Assembly (NCBI GenBank): GCA_013265495.1
Contig: MU058475.1
Coordinates: 310,001 to 374,000 of the forward strand
From: Vicugna vicugna
Taxonomy: Eukaryota
Direction: 5' to 3'
DNA length: 64,000 nt
Positions 1 through 13,954 of this stretch are shown here, piece by piece; within the stretch, counting starts at the first letter, position 1, and each line of letters begins with the position of its first letter. The notes under the pieces were generated by a model that worked only from the letters and a program-made list of their open reading frames with translations, was not told the DNA's origin and did not search any database. The position numbers and the translations under genes were made by a program.

Positions 1-149
1 ATTGCTGGACTCCCTACCAAATGAAAATGCAGAGCCCCTTGTGCAGAAATCCCGAATGCCAAAAAGGTGATGGCAGAGCCTCTGTGGAGGGCAGGCTGCT
101 CAGAAGTGGGAGTCCTGCCTGGGCGGCCCACCTGTGAAGCCAGGGCTGA
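1..149 (-). mobile_element. MER45A-like hAT DNA transposon fragment
   Basis: CAAATGAAAATGCAGAGCCCCTTGT...GTGAAGCCAGGGCTG resembles the reverse complement of the remembered MER45A consensus. Confidence 0.6.
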
Positions 150-441
150 ACATCTAAAGGAGACTGCAGGGGACGTGGGGCAGTGGTGACAGAGCCCGCT
201 GCTGCTTCACACCAAGGAGGTGACCCAGCAGGTCAGGGATGAGCCACACAATGTCTCCAGCTCCTGCCGGCCTCCAGGCTTCCCAGGAAGCTCTCGCATG
301 GCCCACCCAGTGGAACCTGCAAGGTAGGGTGTTCTGGGAAATGCGGTTCAGCCTGAGCAAGCTGGCCCATTTCAAAGCCATTGCTGTTACCACCTGCCAA
401 CATTCTGAATTCTCCCCACCGAGTCTTCTGTGCCCAGATCT

Positions 442-914
442 TGTTGCTGAAGGCAAGTTTGTGTGCCCAAATGCACTGTGAGGCCAAACAAACTGAAACG
501 TCATCAGAGTTTGGAGCAGAGAATGGTTTATTGCAGGGCCGAGCAAGGAGGATGGGGTGGCCCATGCCCAAGGAAACCCCGAACTCCTCGAAGGGTTTCA
601 GCAAAGCTTATTCATAGGCCAGGCGCGGGACGGGGCTCGCAGGTATGTGATCAGCTCGTGCACAGTCCTCTTATTGGGTGATGTGGAGGGAACCGGGCGT
701 CAACACTATCACCCCCTGGGAGCCAGATGGTCTGAAGCCACGTGCTCTTGGTCATCAAGCAGTTTCTTCCCTTTGGTGGTGGTTTTAGCATCTGAAAAAC
801 TCAGGAAATATACGTGAGATACTATGATGTGGGTGCTTCAGAGAGGGGCTCCCGCAGAGGATATGGGGCAGGGGTCTGACCTGGGAGGGCCCCACAGAGT
901 CTTGCTCCGTTACA
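442..914 (-). mobile_element. ERV1-type solo LTR (family A)
   Basis: TG...CA termini; 4-bp TSD ATCT at 438-441 and 915-918; TTTATT (minus-strand AATAAA) near 527; homologous to 2943-3435. Confidence 0.85.
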
Positions 915-1094
915 ATCTCAGTTGGTGGACTCTCATCCAAGGGACAAGAGGTGACAGTTTTACCAAAAGTTTTATCACTGCCTATCAAGGCTCCCCTACT
1001 TTTCAGCTTAGAGTCAGCCCTTATCACCTGCTGTCCAACAACATTACATTAATGATGGTTACATTTTAGGTTACCTGGGGGTGAACTGTATGTG

Positions 1095-1440
1095 CCCTCA
1101 AATTCAAAGCAACAGTGGTTTCAACAAGCTTAAGGTGTCTATTTGTCTCACATGGAGAATCCTGGCTGATGGGGTGGCCTCAGGGTCACTGGGGACCCAA
1201 GCTCCGGCCACCTTGTTGTTCCCTCATTCTAGCCTGGGTCTCGCTGGTACACAATGGTTACTGAACATTAGACACTGTCCCCTACTGAAAAGTCTTCCCT
1301 GGAAGTCCCAGAAAGTGCTTGTGTGCATCTCAGTGTCTGGACTTCAGTCACTTGGCCACATGTGGCTGCAAGGTGGCTGGGAAATGTCTTCCATTGTGGG
1401 TGGCGTGTGCTGGGCTACAGTAATGGAATTGTGTTGCTGA
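1095..1440 (-). mobile_element. Old MaLR LTR (MLT1J/K-like) fragment
   Basis: AACAGTGGTTTCAACAAG...GTCACTTGGCCACATGTGGCTGCAAGGTGGCTGGGAAATG resembles MLT1 motifs. Confidence 0.5.
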
Positions 1441-2942
1441 AAAAGACCATAAATACGGAGAGACAAGTAACTCTCAGTCTAGGGAGTCAGGCCAGGCCAG
1501 CCAACCTCACAGCGCCTCCCCCAGCCACAGGCTGGGGCTTGCTCTCAGCAGAGGGACCCAGCGCACGGCTGCTGCGCCTCGGTGCGTTGCTGCAGCCTGG
1601 AAATCCCCTTCCCTGCTCTTCAGCTCCGGGAGCAGACCCCCTCGGATATAAATGGTGGCTTGAAATCCTGTGGGTCCGCTAAGTGTTGCAGAAAGAGTTG
1701 CTCCCAGAGTGACACATGCTTTGCTGTAGACAAACAGAAACCAGTGATGGGGGTGTCAGGCAAATGGTTTTCAAGCATCTCAGCAATGGGAGCATTTCTT
1801 TCACTGCATTCTGAGCACACAGCCCCACATAAAGAAGGGCTCAGAGCCGAGCTGCTTCTATTAAAGATGGGTCTGGGCAGACCTGGAGCCCCGCTCCCCC
1901 TCGACTTCTGTGCAGGTTTCCCAGCTCCTCTGCAGAACTCCTTGGGCTCCTCGGTGCCTTGCTGGGACCAGCTATTCTAGTCCACATCCCTTGCTTTGCT
2001 GACGAGAGCACTGAGGCCTCGGGAGGTTGTGACCTGCAGTGAGCTGGAGGCAGTATGCTTTGTCACCGTTGGTGTGTGTGTGTCTGATGTCGGAGGAAAC
2101 CCGGCTCACTGGGCTGAGAGGTCTGAGATGAGCAGAGTCCTAATGGGCTGCTGACACAGAGGGTGTGGGTGTGCAGCCTGCCCACAGAGGGTGGGGTGAC
2201 TGAAGCCTGCCCATGGATCGCAGAATGCCATCACTCTTTATCTGCAGGGGCTGTGGGCTCTGGGCTGAATTGACCCTGATTATTGATTTTTTTCCCACTT
2301 GGTGGTGGACACAGCAGATTTTGGATCCCTTTGATAAATTGCGGCCTGGGGTAGGCTGTGCTTTAATTTGTAGCATTTATACAATGGAATACTCATTAAA
2401 AAAAGAATAAAATAATGCCATTCATAGCAACATAGATGGACGTGGAGATCAGCATTCTAAGGGAAGCAGTCCCTGAGTTTTATTCTCCAGTAACTTTGGC
2501 TGGCTCACGGCCCACTGTGGCTGCCCCAGCTCTTTTGTCACCATGACCTTTTGGGTTTTATTTCCTCTGCTAACTTCTTCTTTTCCTGAGAATTTCTTAA
2601 TTCAGATTCCTGAGAAAAATGTGATCAGATGGAACCAGCCTCTCTTTTCAGTCAGGTCATGGGTTGAAGGTGATAAAAGCAATTTTCTTGTGTTGCGGGA
2701 TGGGGAGATCGTTCTGGCTTATACAGGGGTTAACGTGAACTTTGTGCTAACTGAAATAGCCTGTGTGTGGCCTGTCCAACATACACTGTGCATCTGCTTT
2801 AATTATTAAAGAAAGGGCACACTGATCAGAAGCAAAGAATGTTTATGTTAAAGATTAGATGCCCTTCTTCCTGGGACGCCAGCACTGGTCCTCCCTTGGT
2901 GACAAGTCTCCCTTCCTAGGTGCCAAGGCCATATAGTACACA

Positions 2943-3435
2943 TGTCACTGAACCAAACTTGGGCCCACTTGCCCTCAGGCAGTAAAGCCAATCTACTGAC
3001 ACTGGCTTGTGGTGAAGGAAGGTGCAGCGTTTCTTGTAAGGGACCAAGCAAGGAGAATGGGTGGCCTGTGCTCAAAACCCCTGAACTTCTGCATGAGTTT
3101 CAGCAAAGCATTTTTAAAGGCCAGATGAGGCTGGGGGATCCCAGGGTGCATGATCAGTGCGTGCACAAGCCTCTGATTGGCTGATGGCGAGGTGACAGGG
3201 CAGGGTCACAGGGGTTGACACTATCAATCCTCAGGCAGTTGTATGTCTGGGGACCACGTGCTCATGATCACCAAGTAGCTGATTTCTTCCATTTGTGGTG
3301 GCTTTAGCATCTGTGAAACAACCCAGGAAATGTGCATCAGATACTATGATCTGGGTGCTTCAGAGAGGAGCTTCTGCAGAGGGTGTGGGCGACGGGTCTG
3401 TCCCGGGAGGGCCCCACAGGGTCCTGCTCATTACA
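2943..3435 (-). mobile_element. ERV1-type solo LTR (family A, related to 442-914)
   Basis: TG...CA termini; long similarity to 442-914 (AGCAAGGAG..TGGG, TTTCAGCAAAGC, AGATACTATGAT.TGGGTGCTTCAGAGAGG, GGGAGGGCCCCACAG); TSD not clean. Confidence 0.8.
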
Positions 3436-4479
3436 CGTGTATGTGCTGGTCTGGTTTTTCGTTGTTGTTGTTGTTTTCTAAACTTGAAGAAATACATCTC
3501 TGACTTGTTTCATTTCTTTGTTCTGACAAGATAGAAAACTGCTGAAAACCATGCTTCTCCAGAGCAGTTTCTCAGAGTAACCTGGGAAGTGGGCTTCCGG
3601 GCTAGTCCTCCGCTTGGCTCAGATAAAACTCTTTCCTATTCTTCTTACTGATTGTGTATTGATAATTTTCATAGACAAAGGCCAGCCTAAAGAACTCGTG
3701 TCCTGCGTGGTGCTTGCTTGGCCCTCTCGGCCGCGGCCAACAGAGTCAGCGGGGCTGTGCAGGGGGCTATGGCTACAGGGGGCCTTGCTTCTTTAGTGAT
3801 GGTTACAGGCTGGGACAGCAGCCTTCCCAGGGTGAATTGTCCCCATGGCTGCGATTTTTAGTCTCTGACCAAGCTGAAACCAGCATTCTATTGTCCCCGA
3901 GTCAATTGTTTAGGAAATTGCTAGTCTTCTCGTGCAGCCATTTAGTAACGTCCTCCCCTGCACATTTTTCTGATCACTGACTTCATCCAAAAGTGCTTTC
4001 TAAGCATCTGATTGCATTTGGTGCCAGAATCACTGTTTTGCAGAAAGAATGAAAGCCTTTGGCCGTGTCTGAATGCAGATCGTCTCAGAGGACGCTGTTC
4101 AGAGAAGACTCCCATCTCTTTGACAGACTCTAATTGATTTGTTGGTTGTTTTTTTTTATAAAGCACGAGCCAAGAACTCAGAACTATCTGACAGGTATTA
4201 AGCAAATGAAGTTTCCCAACGTCCCTTTCATTTCATGGTCAAGAAAAGTTTGAGTAATAATCAGATATCAGCTGAGATGTTCCACGGGCCTTGGTGGGTT
4301 ACTATTCTTTCTTTGGACCCAAACACCTGACGGTGGAGACCCTCCCTGTGGGAAGATGGGTCTCAAGGACAGGGCGGTCCAGGTTTTAGCTCTGAGGGCC
4401 TCACATGGTCACGGCTTCAGGCCCGGCCCCCCTCTCTTGTAGCTGAGACAATTGTAAACACTGACACATGGTGAGCCAT

Positions 4480-4780
4480 GTGCTGATCCCAAACTTCCCA
4501 TGCCCTTCCCTGCAGCAGGTGGACATGTCCCTGTTTAGCCAAAAAAAAAGTGACCGGAAGTGATGTGCACCACTTCCAGGCAGAGACTTTCAGAGTCGAT
4601 GCTGTCAGCAGAGTTCCCACTGTCTTGCCTTGATGACTGGAAAGTGTGTGTTAACACAGGGCCTCTGTCAGCCTCCATGCCTGACTCACTTCCATGAACA
4701 AAGCCTATTTTGTTGTTTAAGCCAGTCACACTTCTGTGTGGTTTGTTACCGCAGCGTAACCTCGCCTATCCACTCACACT
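4480..4780 (+). mobile_element. Old MaLR LTR (MLT1-like)
   Basis: GGAAGTGATGTGCACCACTTCCAGGC and TGTTTAAGCCA...GTTTGTTACCGCAGCGTAACCT.GCCTATCC are MLT1 signatures. Confidence 0.6.
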
Positions 4781-4819
4781 ATACCACAGACAACTTCGCT
4801 TTTCTCACTGGGGCGCCGA

Positions 4820-6175
4820 GAGGTGTCCAAGCTGTTTTTCAGAGTAACTGTACTGTTTCGCATCCTGGCCAGCAGTGTGCGAGTGGCTCAGTTTCTCCAC
4901 ATCCTCAGCAGCTCCTGGTGTCATCACTATTTCCCAAAAAGTCATTCTGACAGGTGTGCGTAATATCACATTGTTTTAATTTGTGCTTCCCTAGCTGGTA
5001 ACAATGCTGGATATCTTTTCATGGGCTTATTTGCCATCTGTACATCCTGTTTGGTGAAACGTGTCTTTGTATTTTTTGACCGTTTCTTAATTGAATTGTT
5101 TCTTTTTCACTGTCGAGTTTAGAGTTCTCTCTATATTCTAGACATGAGTTGTTTGTCAGATGTGTGGTCTGCAAATATTTCCTCCGAGGCTCTAGCTTGT
5201 CTTTTTATCTTCAAACAGGATCTTACCCAGAGCAAAAATTTTCAGTTTTGATGACAATTCAAAATTTTTTTCCATTTCCCCTTTCAGGGACCATGCTTTT
5301 AGAGTCAAGTCTAAGAACTCTTCGTCTAGCCCTAGGTCCTGAAGATTTTTAATTTTTTCTAAAAGTTTAAAGGTTTATGTTTTACACATTTAAGTCTGCG
5401 ATCCATTTCGAATTAATTTTTGTAGAAGGTATGAAACTTAGGTCAAGGTTCATTTTTTTTGCTTCTAGTCCCACTGGTTGTATGTCTAAATGCTCTAGCA
5501 CCAGTTGTTGAAAAGGCTTAGCTCCTCGCTGAATTGCTTTTGCACTTGAAAAAAGAATCATTTGGGCATATTTGTAATGGATCTATTTCTGGGTTCTCTG
5601 TTCTATTCCATTGATTTTTAAATCTATTCTTCTGCCAGTACCACTGACTCTTGATAACTGTAGCTGTAAGTCCCAGAATTAGGTAGACAGATTCCTCCAA
5701 CTTTATTCTTCTTTTTCCAAATTTTGTTAGCTATTCAAGTTTGTTTGCCTTTTGTTTGTATAAAGTTTAGAATAACCTTGTCTAAAAAAATCTTGCTGAG
5801 GTTTTAAGAGGAATTATGATAGATTTGTACATCAATTTGAGAACTGACATCTTTAGTATGTTGATTCTTCCAATCTATGAACACAGTATACCTCTGCATT
5901 TATTTAGAACTTCAAAAAATTTCTCTCATCAGCATTGTGTATTTTTTTTTTGAACAGTGATTATTTATTTAGGTTTTTTTTCTGTGGAGGGAGATAATTA
6001 AGTTTATTTACATCTTTATTTTTGGAGGAGATATTGGGGATTGAACCCAAGACCTCGTGCACGTTAAGCATGTGCTCTGCCACTTGAGCTGTACCCTACT
6101 CCTCAGCATTCTGTAGTTTTCAACATATAAGTCCTGTGCGTGTTTTGTTAGATTTACACGTAAATGTTTCAGTAA
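4820..6175 (-). mobile_element. Ancient L1 (L1M-type) ORF2 end, degraded
   Basis: Antisense L1 motifs (TTTCTCCACATCCTCAGCAG, TTATTTGCCATCTGTACATCC); remnant peptide [20 protein letters not shown] in ORF 5518-5700 matches the L1 ORF2p C-terminal region. Confidence 0.85.
5946..6102 (-). mobile_element. tRNA-derived camelid-type SINE inserted in L1
   Basis: GGGGATTGAACCCAAGACCTC...GAGCTGTACCCT is the reverse of the A/B-box head; degenerate TSD CAGCATT(G/C)TGTA on both sides. Confidence 0.85.
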
Positions 6176-8065
6176 GTTTTTTAAAAACTGTGATACAATG
6201 CACATAATGTAAAATTTACCATTTTAAGTGTATAATATAATTTATTGGCCTTAAGGGCACTCACAATGCTACTATTACCTAATTTGAGAACTTTTATTTT
6301 ATCATCCCAAACTGAAACTCTGTCCCCATGAAGCAATAGCTCCCCGTTTCCCCCTCCCCATGACTGTTGGCAACCACCATTCTATTTTCTATTCCTATGA
6401 ATTTGACTCCTCTAGGTATCTCATATAAGTGGAATCATACAGTATTTGTCCTTTCACGATTGGCTTATTTCACTTAGCATAATGTCACGGTTCATCCATG
6501 CTGTATCATGGACATGTCAGCATTTCCTCCTTAAGACTGAATCATATTCCATTGCATGCATATACCACATTTTGTTTATCAGTTCATCTGTTGATGGACA
6601 GACACTTGGATTGCTTCGGTATTTTGGTGGTTGTAAATGATGCTGCTGTGAATATGTGTGTACAAATATTGTTCAAGGTCTTGCTTTCATTTCTTTTGGT
6701 TATATACCCAGACATGGAATTGCTGAATTAAATGATAATTTTATGGTTAACTTTTTAAAGAATGACCATATGATTTTCCACAGTGGCTGAACAATTATTT
6801 TCTTACCAGTGACACATGAGAGCTCCAATTTCTCTACATCCTCACCAGCACTTGTCATTTTCCGTTTTTTTTTTTAATGGTCTCCATCCTAATGAGTGTG
6901 AAGCAGTATCTCACTGTGGTTTTGATTTGCATCTCCCTAAGTGATTAGTGACTGTTGATCAGCTTTTCACTTACTGATTGGCCATCTGTAAACCTTGTTT
7001 GGATAAGTTGTGATTGATTCAAGTCCTTTGCCCATTTAAAATCAGGTTATTTGTTTATTGTTGTTGACTGGTAGAGTCCTTCATATATTCTGAATACTAA
7101 CCACTTATCAGATAATAAGATTTGCAAACATTTTCTCCCGTTCAGAGGGTTGACTTTTCACTTTGCTGATTACGTCCTTTGATACACAAAAATTTTAAAA
7201 TTTGATGTAGTCCAACTAATCTATTTTTCTTTTGTTGCTCATGTTTTTTATGTCATAGCTAAGGAATCACTGCCAAACCCAATATCATGAAGCTTTCTCC
7301 TATGTTTTCTTCTAAGAATTTTATGGTTTTCGCTCATCATTTATGATCCATCTTGAGTCAATTTTCGTATATGGTATAAGGTTTGGGTCCTACGTGATTT
7401 GTTTGCACTTGGATATCCAGCTCCCTGCCCCCCCCCATTTGTGGAATGACACCTGTCTTTATGCCTCCAGTTCCACACTGTTTTGATTACTGTAGCTTTG
7501 TAATAAGTTTTTAAAGTGTGAGATTTCCAATCTTGTTCTCCTTTTTAAAGACTGTTTTGTCTTTTGTGATTCCATATGAACTTTAGGATGGGCTTATGTA
7601 TTTCTGCAAAAATTGTCATTGGAATATTGACAGTGATTGCATTGAATCTGGAGGTTTCTTTAGTCAGTATGGCCAATAATATTGTTTTCTAATACATCAG
7701 TACTGAATATCTTGCCATTTATTTGTATCTTCTTTAATTTTCTTCAGCAACATTTTGTAATTTTCAGTGTAAAAAGTCTTTTTCCTCCTTGCTTAAATTT
7801 ATCCCTAAGTATTTTATTTTCTGATATCATTAGAAATGGAGTTATTTCTGAATTTCCTTTTCTGATTGTTCATTGCTAATGCATAGGAACACAACTGATT
7901 TTTGTGTGTTGATTTTGTATCCTGCAGCTTTGCTGAATTCATTTATGTAATAATGTGTGTGTAATCTTCAGCGCTTCCTGCATGTCATCTGTGGACAGAG
8001 ATCAATTTACTTCTCCTTTTCTAATCTGGATGCTTTTTTTCCTTTTTCTCATCTAATTCCTCTGG
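6176..8065 (-). mobile_element. L1MB-like 3' end and ORF2 remnant
   Basis: AAAATTTACCATTTTAAGTGTA, TCATATAAGTGGAATCATACAGTATTTGTCC and GTATCTCACTGTGGTTTTGATTTGCATCTCCCT are antisense L1 3' signatures. Confidence 0.85.
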
Positions 8066-10078
8066 AAGAAGACAATTTCAAGCTTAGATTGTGTGTGGAA
8101 AGCCTTTCACGCTCTCAGGAAGTCCTTGGTCCGTGAAACAGCCTCCTGGGTTTCCACTGGCTGCCTCCTTCACATTCCTGGCAAACAGGCTCCATGTGCT
8201 TCCACCAAATGGTGCCATCACCTCCAAAGTGAATCTCCCTCTTCAGCTTGACTTCCAGGAACTTCCATTCTCAGCGAGATATTAGGACAAGAGCATAGGA
8301 TTGAACTATGTCAAGAGTCCACTTGTGTTAGAGGAGGCACGATGTTTGCCTAATAAGAGTTTCCCTAACAGGTGGCATTTCAGACTGCAGCCTAAAAGTT
8401 CCCTGGTTGTCTTCAAGGAAGCTTTGGCTTTGGTGTTCTCAGAAAAGCATTTTTCTTCAGCTTCTTACTATTCCCCTTGGCATATCTCCTGCAGATCCCC
8501 AAGGTTAGAGCTTGCCTTGTTCTTTGGCCTCTTGTGGATCGGGTGGAGAAATTCCTCCAGGAGCCCGCTTTCCCCACATTTGCTCCCCATCCCTGAGGTC
8601 CAGTCTGGGGAAAGCCCTCTTCAGCTTTGGCCCCAGATCCCCCACACATGAGTCCCATAGGAGTTGGAGCAGGGAAGGGGGAGGCCCTTGAATGAAAAAT
8701 TGGGACTCCAGTGGGAGGGTGGACCTGGCTAGCCAGTCTCAGCTGACCTCCTCATCATTTTTAACTCAACTCCATGCATATTTTTGTAATTGAAATATAG
8801 TCAGTTTACAACATTGCGTCCATTTCTGGTGTACAGCATCACGTCTGGTCTTCAGAATTTCTTGCCTGATTAACGTGGCCACTTGTTTACAACTTTTAAA
8901 AGATGAAGGAACCATTTGTTATCATTAACAGATATAATTATTGATATCAATCATTGTCAAACAGCTATTTGGTCCAGATACAATGCTGGACACTGACTTT
9001 TTTTATAATTTTTTATTTTATTTTTTTTCAGTATTTACTTGTGTAAATATCCTTATTATCCTTATTTGACTAACAAGAAGACAGGCTTATTCAAGGTTAA
9101 ACTTCTTGCCTAAGGTCACTGTGTAAGTATAGAGAAGAATTATGCTTGACTGACTCTAGATTCATACTCATCCCCTTCAACGTCCACTCTGGGTCTTCTG
9201 CTCTGGTGTGAACCTGAGGAGCAGGGAGCAAGGGATACAGCTGGGAGCAGCCTGCCCAGAGCGATTTACTTTTCCCGGGCACTCTTGCTAACCTCCCAAT
9301 AATCCATATTTGGGTGTTTTGAAGTATGTGACTTTTTAATCCAGTCTAACTGGATGGTTACAAAGTTAGCTATACAACTATATTTTAAAACATTTCCCTC
9401 TTGTGGAAATCAAAATTTTTCGTTAAACTTCACAGCATTGTTGAAATGATGAATTAAACTGTGCAGTGCTAAGAGCTTTGGATTTTTCAGTAGGAAAAGC
9501 CCCTTACAAATGCGCATGATTGTGATCATCATTCCCTCCTCTGCTCCTGTCTCTCTGACCTTGGGCAAACCATGCCATGTCTGTTTGCTTTCAGCTCCCC
9601 ATCAGTAACGGGGAGATAATAAAGACTGCTTATCCTGGTTGAGACCTTAAAGTGAGAGGTAGTAAGTGAGTATACGCCTCAGGAAACATAAATTGTTATT
9701 TGATCCCATCAGGATTAATATTAGTTACACACAATCATAAATTCACTGGACACAGATCATGATCATTATATCTTGGACAATTCTTGCACTGTTGTTTCCT
9801 AGAAACATTGATAAGGCTAAAACGGATAGTTCAAACATTGAATGAGGAAATCAAAAACAGTATATTTAAAGGGTTCAAGTTCATTGTATGACCTTTTGTG
9901 CAAGCAAATATTAACAACAGACCCTCATATATTTTTTGACTACAGTCTCCCAGGAAACACTGTTACCATGCCCATCTTACAGAAGGAAGAACTGAGCCCC
10001 AGCTATAGACATCTTTCCAAAGCCATGCAACCCCATGTCAACTGCCATTGACACTGCATTGTGGCAGCCTGTGCCAAG

Positions 10079-10596
10079 TGAAATAGGGAAGAACAAATCT
10101 GACTCCATATTAGATACGTTCCTTTGTCTCTAACCCTGTGTTCTGTTTCCTATGCTTAGTCACTCTGGTTCTGCACTTTTGTAAAAGAATGTTGCATATA
10201 GCTTGAAATATACAGGACAGCCCATTCTCAAGGCTCTGACCTTTAAGGATATAACACTTTCTCATTCATATACAGATAAAAAGTTGCAGAGTAGAGAATA
10301 ACATTTGTCTTATTGGAGGTTTACAGGAACATCTTGACCTGACCTAGGTGGACCGCTGGGAGAACAAAGGATTCTGACTCCAAGAAGTTTGCAAGAAGTA
10401 ACCATACCCCCTCCCTTTCAGTGTAAAAGGAGCCTGAATTCTAACTTGGGGAAGATGGTTCTCCAGGACATTAGTTCCCCCATTTTCTTGGTCTGCTGGC
10501 TTTCCAAATAAAGTCGTTATCCTTTGCCCTAGCACCTTGTCTTCTGATTTATTGGCCTGCCATGGGGTGGGCAGAATGAGTTTGGACTCAATAACA
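10079..10596 (+). mobile_element. ERV1-type solo LTR (family B)
   Basis: TG...CA termini; TSD CAAG at 10075-10078 and 10597-10600; AATAAA near 10507; reverse-complement homology to 28737-29244 and 30618-31143. Confidence 0.9.
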
Positions 10597-11026
10597 CAAG
10601 TACTAAAAATATAATGCAGAGCAGAAAAGAGAGGACACAATCTCTGCCGTTGGGGAGTTCTGTCTAGCGATGAGATGGACATTAGTGAAAACACTCAAAT
10701 AAAATGCAGAGTTACAACTGTAACTGGTACCAAAGGAAGTACAAGGAGCTGGGAGAGCATAAAATGGGGTAATTGACCTAGTCCAGGAGATGGGGAGGGC
10801 TTCCCTGAGGAGAGGGGACGGGCTGAGATGGGAGGGAAAAAGCAGTCTAGGTCAAGGGTTGGGGGGGGAGAACCCTGTGTAAGCAGAGAAAGGAGCAGGC
10901 ACAAAGCCCCGTGGCCAGGAGGAAGGGGTCTGTTCCCCCAGGGGCTGGACTCCCTAGGTCTCATTAGGGATTTTGGTCTTTATGATAAAGGGAGCTATTG
11001 CTATTAGCATAAAGGTAACTCTTAAA

Positions 11027-11512
11027 ATGAAACCTTGCCAGTTGCAACAACGTGGACAGACTTCAAAGGTATTGTGCGAGACAGAGAAAGACAAATACCA
11101 TATGATCTCACTTACACGTGGAACCAAAAACCCCCCAAAAACCCAAATAAAAACCGAGCCCATAGACACAGAGAAAGGTTGCAGGTTACCAGAGGTGGGG
11201 GTGGGGGTGGGGGAGGAAGCAGGTGAAATGGGAGGAGTCAAAGGGTGCAAACTTCTGGTTATAAAATAAGTAAGTCTTGGGACTGTAACACACAGCATGG
11301 TGCCTATAGTTAATGATACCACACTGCATACTGGAAAGTTGCTAAGAATGGAGATCTTGAAAATTCTCATCACGAGAAAAAAAGGATCTTTTTGTAACTA
11401 TGTACTGTGACTGATGTTGACCAGACTTACTGTAGTGATCATTCCACAATGTTACAAATATTGAATCATTATGTTGTACATCTGAGACTAATGTAATGTT
11501 ATATGTCAATTT
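11027..11512 (+). mobile_element. L1 3' UTR fragment (L1MA-type)
   Basis: GACAGAGAAAGACAAATACCATATGATCTCACTT, G-rich tract at 11194-11216, TTATGTTGTACATCTGAGACTAAT. Confidence 0.85.
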
Positions 11513-11527
11513 AGAAAAAGGAGGCTC

Positions 11528-11530
<3 letters not shown>

Positions 11531-11562
<32 letters not shown>

Positions 11563-11568
11563 TGTGTG
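11531..11568. repeat. (TG)n microsatellite
   Basis: Direct reading. Confidence 0.95.
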
Positions 11569-12088
11569 TAAAGGGTGATTGGGTTCATGTTCTGAATAGT
11601 TGACTATGGCTATATTACCCACTGTGGAAGGAGGGAAGCCCCACTGGGTACAGGAAGACAAGGGAAGGAAGCTTTTATAACAGTTCCGGTGAGAATCGAT
11701 CGCCACTTGGCTCAGGGTGAGACATGTATGGGTGGAGAGAAGCAGACTATTTTAAGAGCTGTTTAGGCAACATACTCAACCAGACTTGCTTCCATGGGAA
11801 GGAAGGAAGGGGTCCAAAAGCACTTACAGATTTCTGGCATGTACAGGAGGATGAACTGAGAATGAAAACCCAGAAGAAGATCGAGTTTAGGGTGAAAGTA
11901 CAGAGTCGTTTTGAAATCATAGAGGCATCAAGGTGCAGTGAGTGGACAGGTGTGAGCTCAGAGGAAGGGCTGGAGTGGTGAACCATATGTTCATGGCGAC
12001 TGAAGCCCACGGCTGGATGTATGGTTTTATTTAAATCTAATTCTGATCCTATTTCCTGACTTCAGTGGATACTGAAAACCCATCTTTG

Positions 12089-12391
12089 ACAAATGAACTT
12101 ATATACAAAATAGAAATAGACTAACAGACACAGAAAACGAACTTAGGGTTACCAAAGGGGAAGGGAGTTAGGGATAAATTAGGAAATTTGGATGTGAAGA
12201 TACATACTACTGTATATAAAATAGATAAACAACAAGGACCTACTGTATAGCACAGGGAACTATATTCAATACCTTTTTAAATAATCTACAATGGAAAAGA
12301 ATCTGAAATATATATACGTGTGTGTGTGTGTGTGTATCTAAATCACTTTGTAGTACTCCTGAAACATTATAAATCAATTGTACTTCAACAA
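12089..12391 (+). mobile_element. 5'-truncated young L1 3' end
   Basis: CAAGGACCTACTGTATAGCACAGGGAACTATATTCAATA motif; TSD AAAAC(C/T)CATCTTTG at 12075-12088 and 12392-12405. Confidence 0.9.
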
Positions 12392-13954
12392 AAAACTCAT
12401 CTTTGTTTATCTTTGTTTGTCTTGCCTCTCTTCATTTTCCTTTCTTCTTTCTTTCTTCCTTTCTTCCTTCCTTTCTTTTTGTGAGAGCTTATCTCCAGAA
12501 ATTTCATTCAGACTTGCAGAAGGCTTCCAGTGACTCTAACTAGTCTTGTCATTGCATGGTCTTTAAAGAGAAAAAAGGGGGATAAATCAAAGAAAAGGGG
12601 GGAAAAGGGGAAGGAGGAGAGAGAAACCAGGGGAGGACCAAGGAGAAGGTCCTCCTCTCTCAGGGAAGGGGCAGTATCTCCTTTGATCCATCAGCCCGGG
12701 CTGCTAACCCTTTAGCTCTGGTCACACATGGAGTTGCTTCTCTATCTTGCAACTCCCTTCCAGGCTACAGAAGGCAACCTGATAGTCCTAGGAAAGTTCT
12801 GCTCCCTGATCGGTCAATAGGTACTTTGAGTGCCTGGGATGACTTGGCCCATGTTGGGATCAGGATGTGCCTGGTGGGTCAGGTCCCAGGCTGAATCAGA
12901 CAGGCAAGTCTCTGGATAAACAAAGTGACACCAAGGACCAACCTGATGGCTTGGAAAGCCAGAGGGGCTATCCCTGGAGCAGGCTGGATCGGGTAAGATG
13001 ACAGACTCACAGGAGAAATGGCCCACAGGGTGGGACTGTGGGCAGGGAGGAGATGGCCACCAGGAGGAGAAGGCAGGCCCCAGGTGGTAGGGTTGTTGGC
13101 TGGGACCAGGACTCACTGGAGACCCCAGGTCTCTGAGGAGACTGTCAGGTGTGGCCATTTAGCATAGACTTCCTCATCTTAGACGGGCAGGGTGGATTCT
13201 GGGCCTGGGGAAGGGGTAGAGCCTGGCTCCTTGGGGCCAGGGGTGGCATCTTCTTTAGTTCTTGATGAAAGAGTAATACATCAAATGTTAACCTTGGTAT
13301 CTTTGAAACTGTGTAGTGTTTTTTGTTTGGTTTGGTTTCTGTTTTTTTCTTTTATTTTTTAACAAGTTTGTCATTCAGCAGAACTAGAAGGAAGCCTGAA
13401 AATCAGAAGCCATATAATAGGAAAGATTAGGTGGTGGCTGGTAACTTCATTACGTTCCAGTGTTTATTACAAGTTCGTGCATGATCAGCCTCTTTTACTA
13501 GCTGCATTCCTCCTGTGGGAGGTTTTGAAGAATTGGCTGCCAGGGACATTCTCTAGTCTAAAATATTTAGGTTTAAAAGCAGTAAAAGCATCGAGATAAT
13601 TATAGCCTTTAGCAGCAGGATGGAGGTACCAAGAGTGATCTGAAATGATGGAAACTACTTTTCAGATAGGACATCGTTTCTGAAACCCCACCTTGGATGA
13701 GGGACAACCGAGAGCTGAGGTGCCGAGAGCTCTCTCACCCCACTTCCAGCTGCGGGGCGGGGGTGGTGGTGACAGTGAATCTACGCCTGTGTGGTGGCAA
13801 CCTCTTCTCACCACCCTACTTTCACAGATAAGGAACTCCTGTCTCTGAGAAGCCCGGGGATCCTGGGCCTGTGACGAACTGTCTGCTGGAAACAAGACTG
13901 AACCCAGATCTTCCCATCTAGAGCACCGGGCCCTTCTATTCTATCTGTCTCTCT

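Noticed and set aside
442..3435. Family A LTR pair as proviral ends
   Set aside because: The first LTR has its own ATCT TSD, one end differs between the copies, and the interval holds an older MLT fragment rather than ERV internal sequence
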